Below, in pieces: positions 48,617 through 57,302 of a stretch of DNA of 64,000 nucleotides; position 1 is the stretch's first letter; the number at the start of each line of letters is the position of its first letter. The position numbers were made by a program, and so were the translations under genes. The notes beneath the pieces were generated by a model. The model worked only from the letters and a program-made list of their open reading frames with translations. It was not told the origin of the DNA and did not search any database. Origin of the DNA: an uncultured Chthonomonadaceae bacterium (GTDB lineage Bacteria > Armatimonadota > Chthonomonadetes > Chthonomonadales > Chthonomonadaceae). The DNA lies in NCBI GenBank assembly GCA_963835065.1, contig CAWIEK010000063.1:96001-160000 (forward strand), written 5' to 3'.

Positions 48617-48645
48617 ATTGTACCTGCTTTAAGTTTGGCTGTCAA
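48617..48645 (-). promoter_or_regulatory. sigma70-type promoter
   Basis: TTGACA-17 bp-TACAAT. Confidence 0.72.
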
Positions 48646-48765
48646 CAAAATTTCGGCTGCCGGAGTTGATTTTTACGAATTTGCAAAGCAAAACAAACAG
48701 CCACGCAATTCCCCTGTCGCTCCTTATCCCTTATCCCTTACCACTTATCCCTACTGCCTACTCCC

Positions 48766-49065
48766 TTACTTATGGCGAAACACAAAGAAGTAAAGCAGCG
48801 CGATTATCAGCAGGAGCAGCGCGGCAAGGATTAGTACGGCAGGGTTTGCGCGGCGCGCGGCCAGGCGCTCCTGCTTGCGCTGCGCGACGCGCTCTTCCAG
48901 ACTCAATTGCGTTTTTAGTTTCTGCCCGTTCGCGTCTATTTCTCCGGCGGGCGCGGCTTCGGGCGCTGCGGAAGCGGAAAGCGGTTTGCCGCACTTCCAG
49001 CAGTTGTCTTTCGCGGTCACATCCTGGTTCATCGCGCCACAGTGCGGGCACTTGATCTTATCCAT
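48766..49065 (-). CDS. Zinc-ribbon membrane protein
   Basis: CPHCG..CWKCG; C-terminal TM helix. Confidence 0.75.
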   Translation of the reverse strand: MDKIKCPHCGAMNQDVTAKDNCWKCGKPLSASAAPEAAPAGEIDANGQKLKTQLSLEERVAQRKQERLAARRANPAVLILAALLLLIIALLYFFVFRHK

Positions 49066-49411
49066 GCGTTTCTGTCCCTGAGCGTTTTTTATCGTGAACG
49101 TTTCTTACATCGTGGATATTTTTCCCGGCGCGTTTGCGTGACTCATGCTTTCCTCTCCCTCCGACAGCAAAATGCCCGGCACAATGCGCAAATTCGAAAG
49201 GAATATGAAAGAATGGCGGCAGAAAGTCGTGGTTTTATCAAAAGTTGCGGTACAATTCCCTACGAGTAACAACGCGCAAAGGTTACGCGCCGATCAATCA
49301 TTGCTCGCTCACTTCTTTCCTGCCCTGTATCCTTGCTCGTAACTTTGCGCGTTGTCAGCAGGCCCCCTCTGCAAGCGCCTGCTGCAAATACATTATGGAG
49401 TTTTCCACATT

Positions 49412-50227
49412 ATGCTTGAACTTGCGCTGGCACTGCCGCCCCTGCTTGCCTGCCTGCCGTCCGAAGCGGCTTCCCCCTCGCAGCGTTTGTTGAAACGCGC
49501 GCAGCGGCACATCGCCCACAAGCACTACGACGAAGCCGTGACCGCTTTGCGCCGCGCCATTTTACTGGGTGCGGACGCTTATGTGTGTACGCTGCACATT
49601 GCCGATCTGGAATGTCGGCGTCAGAACTGGCTTCTGGCTCTGGGCGCGGCGGAACAGGCGGCAGCCCTCGCCCCCGAACGCCTGACCGCGTATGAAGCCC
49701 TGATGACCATTGCGCTCCATGCGGGCGACTGCGAACGCGCCCTTGCCGCCTGCCAGATGCTGCTGAAACGCGCGCCCCGCCATCTCGCCGCGCACGAAAC
49801 CCTGGGCATGATTTATATGCAGGCCGGCGACGTGGACGCCGCCCTGCGCGCTTTGAATACCCTGCTGCGCCTCACGCCCGACAATCCCGCGTGTTATTTC
49901 CGCAAGGGGCTGCTGTGCCAGCACAAGGGCGAAATCCGCGCCGCGCTCCAGGCGTTCCATACCACGCTCCACCTCGACCCGGACGGTCCCTTCGGAGAAG
50001 AAGCGCGCGACGCGATGGAAGCCCTGGACGCCTTCCAACTCAACCAGATTTTGACATTGGGCATGGACGACATGCTGTTTCGCGCCCAACTCCGGCGCGG
50101 GGCCGGGGAAGCGGCGGCGGCGCGCGGCTTCGCTCTGAGCGAACAGGGCGCGCATATCCTCGCCGACCTGTGCGCCCACCTCCTGCCCGATGCGCTCGAC
50201 TATTGCCGCTCGCTGCGAGTGAATTGA
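49412..50227 (+). CDS. TPR-repeat protein
   Basis: TPR consensus repeats; GGAG RBS before ATG 49412. Confidence 0.82.
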   Translation: MLELALALPPLLACLPSEAASPSQRLLKRAQRHIAHKHYDEAVTALRRAILLGADAYVCTLHIADLECRRQNWLLALGAAEQAAALAPERLTAYEALMTIALHAGDCERALAACQMLLKRAPRHLAAHETLGMIYMQAGDVDAALRALNTLLRLTPDNPACYFRKGLLCQHKGEIRAALQAFHTTLHLDPDGPFGEEARDAMEALDAFQLNQILTLGMDDMLFRAQLRRGAGEAAAARGFALSEQGAHILADLCAHLLPDALDYCRSLRVN

Positions 50228-50374
50228 AGAAGTGGTCGGTGGTCAGTGGAGGGTGAGTGATTGGTTTGCTTGAATGGTGGCGCATAAACATGTCCGAACA
50301 CCGAACACCTGAACACCTGAACACCGACACCGACACCCGAACACCCAACGCCCGCCTCTGCCCGTCTCCAGGAA

Positions 50375-51220
50375 TTGCTGGACATTGCCCGCGCCGGACA
50401 GCGCACCCTTATTATGGGCATCCTCAACGTGACGCCCGATAGTTTTTCGGATGGGGGCAGGTATTGGGAACCGGAGCAGGCCGTTGACCGCGCCCGGCAG
50501 ATGGTGGCGGAAGGCGCGGACATTCTCGACATCGGCGGCGAATCCACGCGCCCCGCCACCTTTGCAAGTCATGCGCCCCTGGCGGTGGAAGAAGAATTGC
50601 GCCGCGTTTGCCCCGTGATCGAAAGCCTTTCCGCGCTGCTGCCCAATGTTCCCCTGTCCATTGACACCTACAAAGCCTCCGTTGCCCGACGCGCGGTTGC
50701 CGCCGGAGCCGCAATGGTCAACGACATCAGCGCCCTTCGCGCCGATCCCGCTATGGCCGCCACAGTCGCCGAGCTTGCCGTTCCCGTCTGCCTGATGCAC
50801 CTGCCCGGATTGCCAATGGCTATTCCTTCCCATCCCGAATATGGCGACGTGGTACAGGACGTAGCCGACCATTTACGCGAACGGGCCGCGTTTGCCGCGC
50901 AGGCGGGCATTGAATCGCGTAACATCGTGCTTGACCCCGGCTTCGGCTTCGGCAAAACCGTTGAGCAAAACCTCGAATTGCTGCGGCGTCTGCGCGAATT
51001 GACCGTTTTGGGCTACCCCCTGCTGCTCGGCACATCGCGCAAATCCACGATTGGCAAAGTGCTGGGCAACCTGCCGCCCGAAGAGCGTCTGGAAGGCACG
51101 GCGGCAACCGTCGCGCTGTGCATCGCCAACGGCGCGGCCATCGTGCGCGTCCACGATGTCAAGGCAATGGCGCGGGTCGCAAAAATGAGCGACGCCATCG
51201 TTCGCGGCTACGCAAGTTGA
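50375..51220 (+). CDS. folP: Dihydropteroate synthase
   Basis: MGILNVTPDSFSDGG, DIGGESTRP, SIDTYK, DPGFGFGK, SRKS, RVHDV. Confidence 0.97.
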   Translation: MLDIARAGQRTLIMGILNVTPDSFSDGGRYWEPEQAVDRARQMVAEGADILDIGGESTRPATFASHAPLAVEEELRRVCPVIESLSALLPNVPLSIDTYKASVARRAVAAGAAMVNDISALRADPAMAATVAELAVPVCLMHLPGLPMAIPSHPEYGDVVQDVADHLRERAAFAAQAGIESRNIVLDPGFGFGKTVEQNLELLRRLRELTVLGYPLLLGTSRKSTIGKVLGNLPPEERLEGTAATVALCIANGAAIVRVHDVKAMARVAKMSDAIVRGYAS

Positions 51221-51235
51221 TCTTGTGATAGGGAT

Positions 51236-51661
51236 ATGGACATTTCCGTTCACGACAATCGCCTGCTTTCCTATTGCGTGAATAGTGACACACGCGAAAT
51301 TCGCCTGCACACTGCTTACGAGGATAACGAGCCGCAGGAGGCCACAGACGTTGTGTTTTCGGGCGTTGTCGCCTATCACTTTGAGCAGGACAATTTCGGC
51401 ACAATCATTTTTGACATACGCGAAGCAGAGGCCGCAACAATCTACGCCGGAGACAAAGAACGCTTCGAGGTAGGGCAAAAATACGGCTGGCCGGGAACGT
51501 GGAACACGTCAGAAACGGCAGTGTTGGCGTACCTTCTGGCGCAGGGCGTCAAAGGCTTTGTACTCTCTTCGTCGTATGGCCTGAACGGGTGGGTATTGGC
51601 GCGAAGCATGAGTGTCGTAAAGACAAAAGCATTGGATGATGGCGCAGAATGCAGGAAGTAA
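51236..51661 (+). CDS. Hypothetical protein
   Basis: SVHD..LLSY.V, V.F.GV..Y.F, L.SSYGL.GWVLA. Confidence 0.65.
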   Translation: MDISVHDNRLLSYCVNSDTREIRLHTAYEDNEPQEATDVVFSGVVAYHFEQDNFGTIIFDIREAEAATIYAGDKERFEVGQKYGWPGTWNTSETAVLAYLLAQGVKGFVLSSSYGLNGWVLARSMSVVKTKALDDGAECRK

Positions 51662-51785
51662 CAGGAAGTAAGCAGTAAAGATTAACACGGAAGAACAGCC
51701 CGGCGAAGAAAACAAGTCTTTGCCGGGCATTTTCATGCTTGCTGAACGTAGTTGAAAACAAAGCGCGTGAATGGGAGTGAACAGC

Positions 51786-52850
51786 ATGGGCAGGAATATT
51801 GCGGTGATTGGGGCGGGTATGGCAGGGCTGGCGGCGGCGCGGGAACTGACCGCTGCCGGGCATACGGTCACGCTTTATGAGAAGAGCCGGGGCGTTGGCG
51901 GGCGCGTGGCGACCCGGCGCATCGAAGGCTGCATTGTGGATCACGGCGCGCAGAACATCAAGCCGGCAGGTTCCGCGCTGGAACACGTCATGCTGCGCGA
52001 ATTGTCCACGGACGAACTCGCCGCGATTGAACTCCCCGTGCGCGTGTACGACAGCAAGGGCAACATCTGGCCGCCCGACACCGACAAGAACAGCGAGGCG
52101 AAATACTCCTACCGCAACGGCATGACCATGCTTGCCAAACTGCTGTTCAACGCCCTGCCGCCGGAACAAACGACCATCCGTTACGAAACGCGCATTACCC
52201 GTTTGGAAGAAACCGACAAGGAAGTGATACTGAAAGAGGAAAATGGGCAGGAAGCCGGGCGGGCGGAAATCGTAATCGTCACCGCGCCTGCGCCCCAGGC
52301 CGCCGACCTGTTGGGCGAAAGCGCCCCCCGGATGCGCAGCACGTGGGAAACTCTGGACCGCGTGAAGGCGCTGCGGCAGGTGGAGTACCATCGCAACCTT
52401 ACCGTTTTGCTTGGTTTCGCTGCGCCCGCGCCACCCCCGCCCGCTTACGCCCTGCTTGCCGAAGACCGGGCCACCGACCTGCTGTGGCTGGCCTTCGAGC
52501 AGACCAAATCCCCCGAACGCGCCCCAAATGGCGAGGCGGTTTTAATCGCGCAGATGAGTCCCAAATTCAGTAGCTTTTTCTACGACGGCGACGATAACTT
52601 TCTCACCTGGCGCGTTCTGGACGAACTGCAAACCCTGTTCGGCAACGCTTACACAGCCCCGCTCTGGTCACAGGTGAAACGCTGGAAGTTCGCACAGCCG
52701 CACGGCATGGTGCGCTTCGAGGAAGTGAACTTTTCCGGCATGGCGTCTTCCGTCCTCGTCTGCGGCGACGCCCTCCGCCCCGAAGGCGGCAGGGTGCATC
52801 AAGCCTACGAAAGCGGCCTGGAAGCGGCAAAACTTGCAAAAGAGTTATAA
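51786..52850 (+). CDS. FAD/NAD-dependent oxidoreductase (renalase-like)
   Basis: IAVIGAGMAGL, EKSRGVGGRVATRR, DHGAQ, CGD..GGRV..AY.SG. Confidence 0.9.
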   Translation: MGRNIAVIGAGMAGLAAARELTAAGHTVTLYEKSRGVGGRVATRRIEGCIVDHGAQNIKPAGSALEHVMLRELSTDELAAIELPVRVYDSKGNIWPPDTDKNSEAKYSYRNGMTMLAKLLFNALPPEQTTIRYETRITRLEETDKEVILKEENGQEAGRAEIVIVTAPAPQAADLLGESAPRMRSTWETLDRVKALRQVEYHRNLTVLLGFAAPAPPPPAYALLAEDRATDLLWLAFEQTKSPERAPNGEAVLIAQMSPKFSSFFYDGDDNFLTWRVLDELQTLFGNAYTAPLWSQVKRWKFAQPHGMVRFEEVNFSGMASSVLVCGDALRPEGGRVHQAYESGLEAAKLAKEL

Positions 52851-53133
52851 CCACGGGGAACACGGGGACACGGGGAGGAGAAGGGGAAAACATCAGGAAA
52901 GTAGAAACCGCGAAACACACGAAATAAACGAAAAAAATACAGGCAAATCCGCAACTGCCGCCGCACGTTCCGAACAAACAGGCTTCTCTTCTCGGTTCGT
53001 AATCCTGTTTAATCCTTCTAATCCCGATAATCCTGTCTATTTTCTTTTAGTTTATTTGGCGTGTTTCGCGGTTTCTACTTTCCTGATGTTTTCCCCTTCT
53101 CCTCCCCGTGTCCCCCGTGTTCCCCGTGGTTAA
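52848..53133. repeat. Long palindromic MITE-like element between convergent genes
   Basis: ~95-bp inverted arms 52848-52943 and 53032-53133, outer ~70 bp nearly perfect. Confidence 0.85.
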
Positions 53134-53134
53134 G

Positions 53135-54076
53135 TTAGGGCTGGTCGGCGTAGATGGAGTACGTCGGCGTGGACAGGTAGCGCTCGCCGGTGGAGGGAAT
53201 GATGACGACGATCAGCTTGCCCGCGTTTTCTTCGCGGTGCGCCACTTGCAGCGCGGCCCAGACCGCCGCGCCGGACGAGATGCCCGCGAAAATGCCTTCT
53301 TCCCGCGCCAATCTACGGGCGTATTCCATCGAATCGTTATTGGAAACCTGAATGATTTCGTCGTAGATATGCGTATTCAGGTTGTTGGGGATGAAGCCCG
53401 CGCCGATGCCCTGTATGGGATGCTGTCCACGTGGCTTGCCGCTCAGAACAGCGGACGCGGCGGGTTCTACCGCCACCACTTTGAAACTCGGCTTACGCGC
53501 TTTGATCACTTCGCCCACGCCCGTAATCGTGCCGCCCGTTCCCACGCCGGCGACCAGAAAATCTACCTGGCCTTCCGTGTCGCGCCAGATTTCTTCCGCA
53601 GTGGTTTTGCGGTGAATTTCCGGGTTGGCGGGATTGTTAAACTGCTGCGGGATATAGTATTTGCCGGGCGATTCCGCCGCCATTTCCTCGGCCTTGCGAA
53701 TGGCTCCCTGCATCCCTTCGGGGCCGGGCGTCAAAATCAATGCCGCGCCCAGCGCGCGCAGCATGGCGCGGCGCTCGTGCGACATGGTTTCCGGCATAAT
53801 CAGCGTACACTTGTAGCCTTTGGCGGCGCAGGCAAATGCTAGCCCGATGCCCGTATTGCCACTCGTCGGCTCCAATACAGTTATGTCCGGCGTCAGCAGA
53901 CCGTCCCGCACCGCCGCCGCGATCATAGCGACCCCGATGCGGTCCTTCACGCTCGACAGCGGATTGAAATACTCCAATTTACACGCGATCTGCGCTTTCG
54001 CCCCCGCAGCCATCCGGTTCAGCCGCACGAGGGGCGTATTTCCAATTAATTCGGTTACGTCGTTTGCAATTCGCAT
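53135..54076 (-). CDS. cysK: Cysteine synthase A
   Basis: [51 protein letters not shown]. Confidence 0.97.
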   Translation of the reverse strand: MRIANDVTELIGNTPLVRLNRMAAGAKAQIACKLEYFNPLSSVKDRIGVAMIAAAVRDGLLTPDITVLEPTSGNTGIGLAFACAAKGYKCTLIMPETMSHERRAMLRALGAALILTPGPEGMQGAIRKAEEMAAESPGKYYIPQQFNNPANPEIHRKTTAEEIWRDTEGQVDFLVAGVGTGGTITGVGEVIKARKPSFKVVAVEPAASAVLSGKPRGQHPIQGIGAGFIPNNLNTHIYDEIIQVSNNDSMEYARRLAREEGIFAGISSGAAVWAALQVAHREENAGKLIVVIIPSTGERYLSTPTYSIYADQP

Positions 54077-54090
54077 GGGGCACTCCAGAG

Positions 54091-54196
54091 GTAGACGGTA
54101 GACGGTAGACGGTAGAGAAACCATCTATCCTACTTCAAAGTTTGCGCATTGCAAAGAGCAGACAGGCATTTCTACCGTCTACCGTCTACCGTCTAC
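54091..54196. repeat. Inverted heptamer arrays (GTAGACG)n..(CGTCTAC)n
   Basis: Arms ~54091-54117 and ~54170-54196 between Rrf2 and cysK. Confidence 0.85.
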
Positions 54197-54206
54197 TGAC
54201 TACTTC

Positions 54207-54662
54207 CTAAATTCCCGGCATAATACTCAGCGAGTCATCCAGGTCGGTTTTACGATGTACCAGGTCGGCCAGTGTGGTCGCGTCGAGATGGCGCGTGAGC
54301 AGGGTTTCTACCTTTTCTTCAAATTCGCGCACCACCCATGTCACGCCGGGGGCGTTGATGTCGGCGCTCTCCTCTTCGTTGTGGCAGGAAAACAAGCGGT
54401 CGCCGCGCATCAAGGCGCGCGTGATGTCACCGACGCTGATACGGTCAGGAGCGCGCGCCAGATTGTAGCCGCCGCCCGCGCCCCGGATGCTGCGGACGAT
54501 GCCCGCGCTTTTCAGGGCGGCGAGTATCTGATCCAGATAGGGGCCGGGAATCTCCTGGCGTAAGGCGATTTCGCGGCTCTGGCAGGCTTCCGTTGTCGGC
54601 TGCATCGCCAAATCCACCGCTGCGCACAGCGCATAACGCAGTTTTGAATTGAAGAATCCCAT
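54207..54662 (-). CDS. Rrf2 family regulator (CymR/IscR-like)
   Basis: RYAL..VDLA, EIA.RQ.IP..YL.QIL..L..AGIV.S.RGAGGGY.LAR; upstream of cysK. Confidence 0.9.
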   Translation of the reverse strand: MGFFNSKLRYALCAAVDLAMQPTTEACQSREIALRQEIPGPYLDQILAALKSAGIVRSIRGAGGGYNLARAPDRISVGDITRALMRGDRLFSCHNEEESADINAPGVTWVVREFEEKVETLLTRHLDATTLADLVHRKTDLDDSLSIMPGI

Positions 54663-54730
54663 GCGGCACACGCCTCTCGCAGCTATGCCACTCGCCACAG
54701 AGCAGTATAGGCATAAAAGTTGATTGATTT

Positions 54731-54759
54731 AGTATACTTTGTCGGAGCGGCAGTGTCAA
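54731..54759 (-). promoter_or_regulatory. sigma70-type promoter of Rrf2-cysK
   Basis: TTGACA-17 bp-TATACT. Confidence 0.75.
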
Positions 54760-54873
54760 GCCGAAGAAGTGGAGAGTAAGAGCAAAGAATGTTCACTCTC
54801 ACTCTCCACTTTCTATCATGGTTCAAAGGGGCGCTTCTAATGGAGTCGCTTTGTAGGGGAATTGCGAACAGGC

Positions 54874-55056
54874 TTATTCCATGTATTCCGTTGTGTCGTT
54901 GCTGCCCATGAGGGTGACGCTTTGCGTGGGCGCGGCGAGTTTGATGGTCAGGGTGGAACCGTCCTCGAAATCAATGTCGAGTTCGGTGTCGCGCTGTCGA
55001 ACGCTGTCTACTTTGCGGCCAGCCAGCAGTTTCGTGAGTTTTTGGTTGGTTGCCAT
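54874..55056 (-). CDS. Small hypothetical protein
   Basis: AAAGGA RBS; KLT.LLAGRKV, L.IDFEDGSTLTIK. Confidence 0.6.
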   Translation of the reverse strand: MATNQKLTKLLAGRKVDSVRQRDTELDIDFEDGSTLTIKLAAPTQSVTLMGSNDTTEYME

Positions 55057-55296
55057 GGTGTCTTTGTTCCTTTCGGGCGGTGCGCAGAGGCGGGAAGTGG
55101 CATGGGGAACGGGGCGTTCTCTCTTGCCGGGTCGGGTGCAGGCCGAATAATCAGGCTTATCGGGGTGTTATTCGCCTGTGGGCGGTGATAATCCTGCTAA
55201 GGAAGGGAACAAAGAGAAGACAGGCGCGCAAAATTGAAATAGATTGCCCCTTTCCTCAGTTAAGGGTCTGTAAAAGAACAAGTTCCCGATACATTT

Positions 55297-55320
55297 GTAG
55301 GGGCGTGATTTATCACGCCC
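55297..55320 (+). repeat. REP-like element (GTAG + palindrome)
   Basis: GTAG-GGGCGTGATTTATCACGCCC. Confidence 0.65.
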
Positions 55321-55396
55321 GCGTGATGGGAAGTTATAGATTTACGGACGCTAAGATGCGCCGGCTCTGCACAGGATGCCGCTGCGATAGTCAACG

Positions 55397-56053
55397 CTAT
55401 GGCTCAACCAAGCCGCCGCGCGCCGCGAGCATGGCGGCTTCCGTGCGGTCATTCACTTGCAGTTTGAACAGAATGTTGCTGATGTGGTTCTTCACGGTCT
55501 TTTCACTGATGAACAGGGTTTCGCCGATGTCGCGGTTGCGCTTGCCCGTCGCCACTTCCTTCAAGACTTCGATTTCTCGATCCGTAAGTTCGGAAAACAG
55601 TTTCATGTCCGCCGCGCGCTGCGAAGATAGGCGGTTGAATTCGGCGAGAACGCGGGACGCGATGCCGGGATGCAAACGGCTGCCGCCTTCCGCAATGGCG
55701 CGAATGGCCGCAACGGTCTCTTCCAGCGGGCTGTCTTTCAGAACGTAGCCCGTTGCCCCGGCTTTGATGGCCTGGAACACATTGGCGTCGTCGTGATAGA
55801 TGGTCAGGATGCACACGCCGACATGCGGCATTTCCTTCTTGATGCGCGTCGTCAGTTCGATGCCGTTCATTTTGGGCATGTTGATGTCGGCCAGCAGCAC
55901 ATCGGGCGTTGTTTCGCGGGCGAGGCGCAGCGCGCCCACGCCGTCCGCCGCCTGTCCCACGACGTCAATGTCGTCTTCCATCGCCAGCAGGCGGGCAAGC
56001 GCGTCCCGCGTCAGGCGTTCGTCCTCGGCAATCAGCAGTTTGATGTGTTCCAT
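55397..56053 (-). CDS. NarL/LuxR family response regulator
   Basis: REC (AED, DINMP, GYVLKD) + LTDRE..G..N..I...LFISEKTVKNHISNI. Confidence 0.95.
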   Translation of the reverse strand: MEHIKLLIAEDERLTRDALARLLAMEDDIDVVGQAADGVGALRLARETTPDVLLADINMPKMNGIELTTRIKKEMPHVGVCILTIYHDDANVFQAIKAGATGYVLKDSPLEETVAAIRAIAEGGSRLHPGIASRVLAEFNRLSSQRAADMKLFSELTDREIEVLKEVATGKRNRDIGETLFISEKTVKNHISNILFKLQVNDRTEAAMLAARGGLVEP

Positions 56054-56390
56054 AGTTTCGGTGTTCGGTATTCGGGTGTTCAGGTGTTCGGGTGTTCAGG
56101 TAGTTGAATTGTCTTGTTGTTCGCGTGTTTGTGGGAAACTTCCTGCCTTTTGGGGCGCGGCAGGCGTATTTGTGGCTGGAAGCGGTCACATACTGCCCGT
56201 TCGTGATGTATAATAGGGAGTGGGGAGTAGGCAGTAGGGAGTAGGAAAGTCACTGTACATACATTACAAAAGGCATTAATTCACTTTGCCCTGTCAAGAT
56301 TGTTATGTGTGAGCCGGTTTTCCTAATCCCTAATCCCTAATCCCTAATCCCTAAGACGGAGTTTACGGTATCAACTGGATTGCCTGGACA

Positions 56391-57287
56391 TTGCTGATAA
56401 TCGTTCTTGCGGGCGTGGCGGGCGCGGCAATTTGGGTCGTTGGCGGCTCCTACGTAATCGCGTACCTGGCGACGTTCCCTCCGCGCCGCCGCTTGAAACG
56501 GACGCCGGAGAAATTCGGGGCCGAGTATCAGGACATTTGCTTTCCTTCCCTGGACGGCACGGCGCTGTCGGGGTGGTTCGTGCCGTCTGCGGAACCGGAG
56601 CCGCAGGGCATCATTGTGCTGTGTCACGGCATGATGGCGAACCGGGCCGAAATGCTGCCCTGGGCCGAAACCTTATGGAATAATGGCTTTTCCCTGCTCC
56701 TGTTCGATTTTCGCGGCACGTCACAAAGCGGGGGCGATATGTGTACATCGGGCTGTTTCGAGCCACAGGACTTGCGCGGAGCCGTGGATTACATCGAATC
56801 GCGCCCGGATTGCGCAAACTTGCCGGTGGGCGTGTTCGGCTTTTCCATGGGCGGCGCGACGGCGATTATGGCGGCTGCCGACGACCCGCGCTTTCAGGCT
56901 ATTGCCACGCACGGCGCGTATGCCACGCTTAATGGCGCGATACGGCAGCGCTGCAAGCACCATTTCGGCCCGTTTGCCCCGCTTGCCGAGCGTCTTATGA
57001 TGAGCCTGGGCAACCGCAAGCAATGGTTTCCCGCCGCGCCTTCCACCGTTTCGCCCCTGCTCATGATTCCCCGGCTTGAGTCGCGTCCCCTGCTGATTTT
57101 GCACGGCGAGCGCGACCCGATTATTCCCGCCATCCACGCCCACACTCTGTACGCGGCGGCAACCGGCCCAAAGGAACTGCATCTGTTACGTCGTTCGCGC
57201 CACAAGCGCATTTACCGCAAAATCCGTTCGCAGGCGCACGCGCATGTAGTCCAATTCTTCTGCGATCATCTCGTCTCGCAAATATAA
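56391..57287 (+). CDS. Alpha/beta hydrolase
   Basis: LCHG, FDFRG, GFSMGG, LHGERD. Confidence 0.88.
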   Translation: MLIIVLAGVAGAAIWVVGGSYVIAYLATFPPRRRLKRTPEKFGAEYQDICFPSLDGTALSGWFVPSAEPEPQGIIVLCHGMMANRAEMLPWAETLWNNGFSLLLFDFRGTSQSGGDMCTSGCFEPQDLRGAVDYIESRPDCANLPVGVFGFSMGGATAIMAAADDPRFQAIATHGAYATLNGAIRQRCKHHFGPFAPLAERLMMSLGNRKQWFPAAPSTVSPLLMIPRLESRPLLILHGERDPIIPAIHAHTLYAAATGPKELHLLRRSRHKRIYRKIRSQAHAHVVQFFCDHLVSQI

Positions 57288-57302
57288 TGAGCACTTATTT
57301 CC

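Noticed and set aside
50257..50442. ORF MSEHRTPEHLNT... as folP leader or N-terminus
   Set aside because: Translation of a short-repeat tract in a different frame from folP
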